A stretch of DNA of 54,204 nucleotides, taken from positions 1 through 54,204 of the forward strand of contig JBEPVC010000001.1 in NCBI GenBank assembly GCA_041691235.1, read 5' to 3'. The translations under genes and the position numbers were made by a program. Shown piece after piece: positions 50,253 through 54,204 of the stretch. The stretch comes from Chitinophagaceae bacterium. Lineage in GTDB: Bacteria > Bacteroidota > Bacteroidia > Chitinophagales > Chitinophagaceae. The notes beneath the pieces were generated by a model. It did no database searches. It was given only the letters and a program-made list of their open reading frames with translations, and was not told the DNA's origin. Each line of letters opens with the position of its first letter. Position 1 is the stretch's first letter.

Positions 50253-50279
50253 AAAAAAGGCATCTATAAAAAGATGCCT
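50253..50279 (-). terminator. Intrinsic terminator of nfu
   Basis: AGGCATCT/AGATGCCT stem followed by a T-run on the minus strand. Confidence 0.75.
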
Positions 50280-50301
50280 GAATTATTTATTCAAAATATT
50301 A

Positions 50302-50901
50302 CTACTCAGCTTCTGCCACCACTTCTTTTACTTCTGGTATCATTCGTTTCATCATTCCCTCAATACCTGCTTTTAAGGTAATCATTGATGAAGGGCAACC
50401 GCTACAGCTTCCCTGCAACATTAAATTTACCTTGCCATCTTCATAACTTCTGAACTGGATAGCGCCACCATCCATTTCAACAGCCGGCTTCACATAATTC
50501 TCAAGCAATTCCTTAATTCGCTTTACCACATCTTCGTCGTCTGCACTTACTGTGTTTGAGCTCTCTGATTTTCTTAATGCCAATTCTTCTTCATTCACAA
50601 CAGGCTTTCCTTCTTCCAGGTATTCTTTCAAAAATTGTTTTATTGAAGGAATTACATCCTGCCAATCTTCAGTATCGTTCGTTTTTGTAAGGGTTACAAA
50701 ATTACTTGCTATAAATACCGATTTAATAAAAGGAAAACTAAACAACTGCATTGCAAGCGGTGAAACTGAAGCGCCGTTTTCATCCTGGAAATCTATGCTC
50801 TTTCCCGGGTACAAGAGTTTGTTTGCAACAAACTTCATTGTTTCGGGATTAGGCGTCATTTCAGTATATATGCTTATTACGGGATTGCCTGTTTTAATCA
50901 T
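50302..50901 (-). CDS. NifU/Nfu-family Fe-S carrier protein
   Basis: Nfu_N TPNPETMKF; C-terminal PAVEMDGG..GSCSGCPSS..TLK. Confidence 0.92.
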   Translation of the reverse strand: MIKTGNPVISIYTEMTPNPETMKFVANKLLYPGKSIDFQDENGASVSPLAMQLFSFPFIKSVFIASNFVTLTKTNDTEDWQDVIPSIKQFLKEYLEEGKPVVNEEELALRKSESSNTVSADDEDVVKRIKELLENYVKPAVEMDGGAIQFRSYEDGKVNLMLQGSCSGCPSSMITLKAGIEGMMKRMIPEVKEVVAEAE

Positions 50902-51012
50902 AAGAAAAAATTAAGGTAACAAAGTTAATAAGAATTCGAGGCAATATTCTTCGAATTCTGTTAAGTTATATGCTTATTAAAAAAAATTTCGGTTTTCGAA
51001 AATGACAGAATC

Positions 51013-53316
51013 TTACTCGACTATTCTCAATTTGGCATAATTAAGCATAATCTTTTTTTCACCGTTGTGTTCAAATTTTACAGTAGCAACGGGATTGTGT
51101 GCTGCACCTTCCATCTTAATTACCTCCCCAAATCCAAATTTCTGATGTTCAATTTTCTGACCTTGCTGTAAATTGCTTGTATCGCTTGGCGCAAAGTCTG
51201 GGGAAGGAGTATGTTCTTTTATTTTAATAACAGGCGTTGATACAATATAAGATGGCCTTTCTTTGGGAGCGTCGCTCCGGTTAGTTCCGAAATTTGTTTT
51301 TATTTTATCAAACGGATTCCAAAGATTTGTTTGATTGTTGCGCATATTACCTCCTGCAAATGCTTTGTCAAGTCTTTCCTCCGGTAATTCATCAATAAAC
51401 CTGCTAGGTTCATTTTGAGCAAGATTGCCGAAGCGATAGCGTGTATTCGCATACGTTAGCCACAACTTTTGCTTGGCGCGCGTAACTGCTACATAAAATA
51501 ATCTTCTTTCCTCTTCAAGCTCCTCCCGGGTATTAATTGACATTGCATTCGGAAAAAGTGTTTCTTCAAGTCCTCCAACAAATACTACCGGAAACTCCAA
51601 ACCCTTTGCCGCATGAATAGTCATTAACTTTACAACATCGTTTTCACCTTTATCGTCATCTGCATCGGTTAATAAAGTTATTTGCTGCAAGTAGCTGCCA
51701 AGGCTTTTATCAAGAAGCTCACCATCTTCAGTAGGTGTTTCTGTAAATTCTTTTATTGAATTAAGCAGCTCCTGGATATTTTCATATCGCGCCAGCCCTT
51801 CAGTAGTTTTATCATTAAAAAGCTCTTTTACTATTGAAGTATTTTTGCCAACAAGTATTGAGAGATCATAAGCATTTTTTTTCAGCAATTCACTTTGAAA
51901 CATTTTAATCATGATAACAAAGTTATTTATGATTTCAAGCGTGGAGGATTTATAGCCAAACTCTGCGGCTCTTTCAAGAACATGCCACATGGAAACGTTA
52001 TTTTCATTGGCAAAAAGAACCGCTTTTTCAACTGTAGTTTTTCCAATACCTCTCGCAGGAAAATTAATAATTCGCTTAAGGGCTTCCTCGTCGTTTGGAT
52101 TTACTACTACGCGTAAGTAAGCAAGAAAATCCTTGATTTCTTTTCTTTGATAAAAACTTATGCCGCCATAAATACGGTAAGCGATATTCATTCGCCGAAG
52201 ACTTTCTTCAAAACCCCGGCTCTGCGCATTGGTGCGATATAATATTGCAAAATCCGCATTGCGATAATGGTTGCGTAATTTTTGCTCTTGTATTGCATCG
52301 GCCACATATTTTCCCTCATCGTTATCAGTTGCAGTACGCACCAGTTTTATTTTTTCTCCTTCTTCATTGCTTGTCCATAATTTTTTTGGAAGCTGGCCTT
52401 TATTATTTGCAATAACATTATTTGCAACGTGAAGAATACTTTGTGAACTTCTATAGTTCTGTTCGAGCATCACCACTTTCACATCGTCATAATCTTTTTG
52501 AAACCGTAAAATATTTTCAATAGTTGCACCGCGAAAACTATAAATACTTTGGGCGTCATCGCCTACCACGGCTACGTTTTCATGCATTGCCCCCAACAGC
52601 TTTATAATTTGATACTGTGCAGTATTCGTATCCTGGTATTCATCAATCATTATGTATTTGAACTTGCGCTGGTATTTACTCAGGCTTTCCGGATGTGTGC
52701 TTAGCAATAAATAAAATTTAAGAAGCAAATCATCAAAGTCCATCGCACCATTTTTAAAGCAACGCTTACAATAGGCATTATATACCTGGCCAATCAACGG
52801 ACGATTTGATCGCATGTCTTCCTGCTGTAAGCCATAATCATTAATATATTCTTCAGGAGTTATTAATGCATTTTTAGCCGCAGAAATTCTATTGTAAACA
52901 ATATTAGGTTTGTAATGTTTGTCATCGAGATTCATTTCATTCACCACCGTTTTTACCACGCTTTTTGCATCATCAGTATCATATATAGTAAAGTTCCGAG
53001 GGTAACCAAGCTTATCTGCTTCGGCTCTTAAAATTCTTGCAAATACTGAGTGAAAAGTTCCTATATAAATATTTCTAGCCTCATTGTTACCAAGTATTTT
53101 CTCCACGCGTTCTTTCATTTCGGCAGCAGCTTTATTAGTAAAGGTGAGCGCCAATATATTAAATGGATCTACGCCTGTTGCCAACAAATGAGCAATTCGG
53201 GTTGTAAGCACTTTTGTTTTTCCACTTCCGGCGCCAGCTACAATCATAATAGGCCCATCGCGATGCAATACCGCTTCTCGTTGAGGTTCATTTAATCCCT
53301 GTAAATATTCCTGCAT
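51013..53316 (-). CDS. UvrD/PcrA superfamily-1 DNA helicase
   Basis: AGAGSGKT, TFTNKAA, DEYQD, VGDDAQSIY, NYRS, LYRTNAQ, TIHAAKGLEF, EERRLFYVAVTRA. Confidence 0.96.
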   Translation of the reverse strand: MQEYLQGLNEPQREAVLHRDGPIMIVAGAGSGKTKVLTTRIAHLLATGVDPFNILALTFTNKAAAEMKERVEKILGNNEARNIYIGTFHSVFARILRAEADKLGYPRNFTIYDTDDAKSVVKTVVNEMNLDDKHYKPNIVYNRISAAKNALITPEEYINDYGLQQEDMRSNRPLIGQVYNAYCKRCFKNGAMDFDDLLLKFYLLLSTHPESLSKYQRKFKYIMIDEYQDTNTAQYQIIKLLGAMHENVAVVGDDAQSIYSFRGATIENILRFQKDYDDVKVVMLEQNYRSSQSILHVANNVIANNKGQLPKKLWTSNEEGEKIKLVRTATDNDEGKYVADAIQEQKLRNHYRNADFAILYRTNAQSRGFEESLRRMNIAYRIYGGISFYQRKEIKDFLAYLRVVVNPNDEEALKRIINFPARGIGKTTVEKAVLFANENNVSMWHVLERAAEFGYKSSTLEIINNFVIMIKMFQSELLKKNAYDLSILVGKNTSIVKELFNDKTTEGLARYENIQELLNSIKEFTETPTEDGELLDKSLGSYLQQITLLTDADDDKGENDVVKLMTIHAAKGLEFPVVFVGGLEETLFPNAMSINTREELEEERRLFYVAVTRAKQKLWLTYANTRYRFGNLAQNEPSRFIDELPEERLDKAFAGGNMRNNQTNLWNPFDKIKTNFGTNRSDAPKERPSYIVSTPVIKIKEHTPSPDFAPSDTSNLQQGQKIEHQKFGFGEVIKMEGAAHNPVATVKFEHNGEKKIMLNYAKLRIVE

Positions 53317-53699
53317 TAAACAAAGTTACTGAAACCTTAAAGGTTTTATCAATCATAAATAACGTCAAAAATTAAAAATAACCTGGTTTATTTGAAACGA
53401 TTTAGGCAAATACTTAATCTACGAAGAATTTAGTACTTCGAAAGAATTTAAATGCCATTTATCCATAAATTAAAAAAAAAGAAAAGTCATTTATGCCGTA
53501 TATAAATAAAAGAAAAACTGCTTCAGTATCCAAAAATCATTCTTCAATTTTTTAATATAGTACTTCGCCTTGCCTGTTAACTTTGTATTAACGAAAACCG
53601 CTACCACATTGAGTTACCGGCGATCACAATTGCCTTGTAAACGCTTTGTAACCATATTAATTTCACATCCGATTCCTTAACCATATAAAAATTATAATT

Positions 53700-54149
53700 A
53701 TGAAAAAGATTCTTTTTATCTGCCTGTTTGCCTTGGTTTCTTCTACTTCTATTTTTGCAGTTCCACGTGATGTTAGTGAAAAAGTTTTAAAAGTTTTTCA
53801 CGAAGCGTTTCCTGAAGTAAAGCAGCCTTCATGGTACACATTTGATAATTATTATGAAGTATACTTTACTAATACAGATAATTCATCTTGCCGGATTGAT
53901 TACAACACTGATGGAACAATAATGAGCACTAAACGCTATTATGGCGCATCTGAACTGTCTCCTTTTATTAAAGCAAAAGTGAATGAAAGATATCCCGGCA
54001 AAAAAATATTTGGCATTACTGAGATTAACTCAGAAGGGGAGTTTACCTATCATATTATATTGCAGGACGACAAGAATGTGTACAACATTAAATCAGACGC
54101 AACAGGCAATATCAATATAGAAAGTAAATTGCGTAAAGCAGACCAGTAA
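53700..54149 (+). CDS. Secreted hypothetical protein (PepSY-like/BLIP-like repeat)
   Basis: Signal peptide; two repeats of V..AF...FP / I...V...YPG followed by beta-strands. Confidence 0.65.
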   Translation: MKKILFICLFALVSSTSIFAVPRDVSEKVLKVFHEAFPEVKQPSWYTFDNYYEVYFTNTDNSSCRIDYNTDGTIMSTKRYYGASELSPFIKAKVNERYPGKKIFGITEINSEGEFTYHIILQDDKNVYNIKSDATGNINIESKLRKADQ

Positions 54150-54168
54150 TTTATGGCAAATTTTTTAA

Positions 54169-54204
54169 AAGCAATTTGAAAGACTTATATCTTTCAAATT
54201 GCTT
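54169..54204. terminator. 15-bp hairpin, probable terminator (tail cut off by the window end)
   Basis: AAGCAATTTGAAAGA / TCTTTCAAATTGCTT with a 6-nt loop. Confidence 0.65.

Noticed and set aside
4118-53295. Many 60-130 aa ORFs antisense to or nested in core genes
   Set aside because: Shadow ORFs of well-supported genes, with no motifs or start contexts.
53431-53567. TAGTACTTCG direct repeat (53431 and 53558) in the intergenic region upstream of the helicase
   Set aside because: Only two copies 127 nt apart with no array structure; not CRISPR and too weak to assign to a regulator.
1-54204. CRISPR array, IS element, integrase, prophage or canonical defence island
   Set aside because: No repeat-spacer array, transposase, recombinase or phage structural motifs seen; no partial tRNA duplication (att site) noticed.

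Overview
AT-rich (roughly 35% GC by eye) bacterial chromosomal segment. It has Bacteroidota-type promoters (TTTG-N~20-TAnnTTTG) and A-rich, Shine-Dalgarno-less start regions, and the gene content suggests Chitinophagaceae (inference). It is mostly core genome: tRNA(CAT), rimP-nusA-infB, SurA-like PPIase, purF, sixA, lptB-GH3-fabG, a partial phenylacetate locus (paaZ plus enoyl-CoA hydratase), adk, msrB, gnd-zwf-pgl, an orphan 2-oxoacid:ferredoxin oxidoreductase beta subunit, metF, rlmD, recA, Fpg/Nei, a TPR histidine kinase/LuxR pair, a second GH3 gene with a LysE exporter, mtgA, pnuC-NadR-like kinase, nfu and uvrD/pcrA. I saw no CRISPR array, rRNA, transposase, integrase or prophage. Most notable: (1) a GxxExxY nuclease-fold gene inside the paa operon, bracketed by mutually complementary short-repeat tracts (intervening-sequence-like cassette); (2) two GH3 acyl-amido-synthetase paralogs in different contexts, near an M20D amidohydrolase and paaZ; (3) an unannotated AP2-like microprotein downstream of Fpg/Nei that appears broken by a 1-nt deletion; (4) a candidate ~70-nt sRNA; (5) tandem CTAA-N5-TTAG SOS boxes at recA; (6) an in-frame 7-mer repeat inside the NadR-like kinase; (7) an NlpE-like lipoprotein lacking CXXC. 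All family assignments come from motif recognition by eye, not from database searches.
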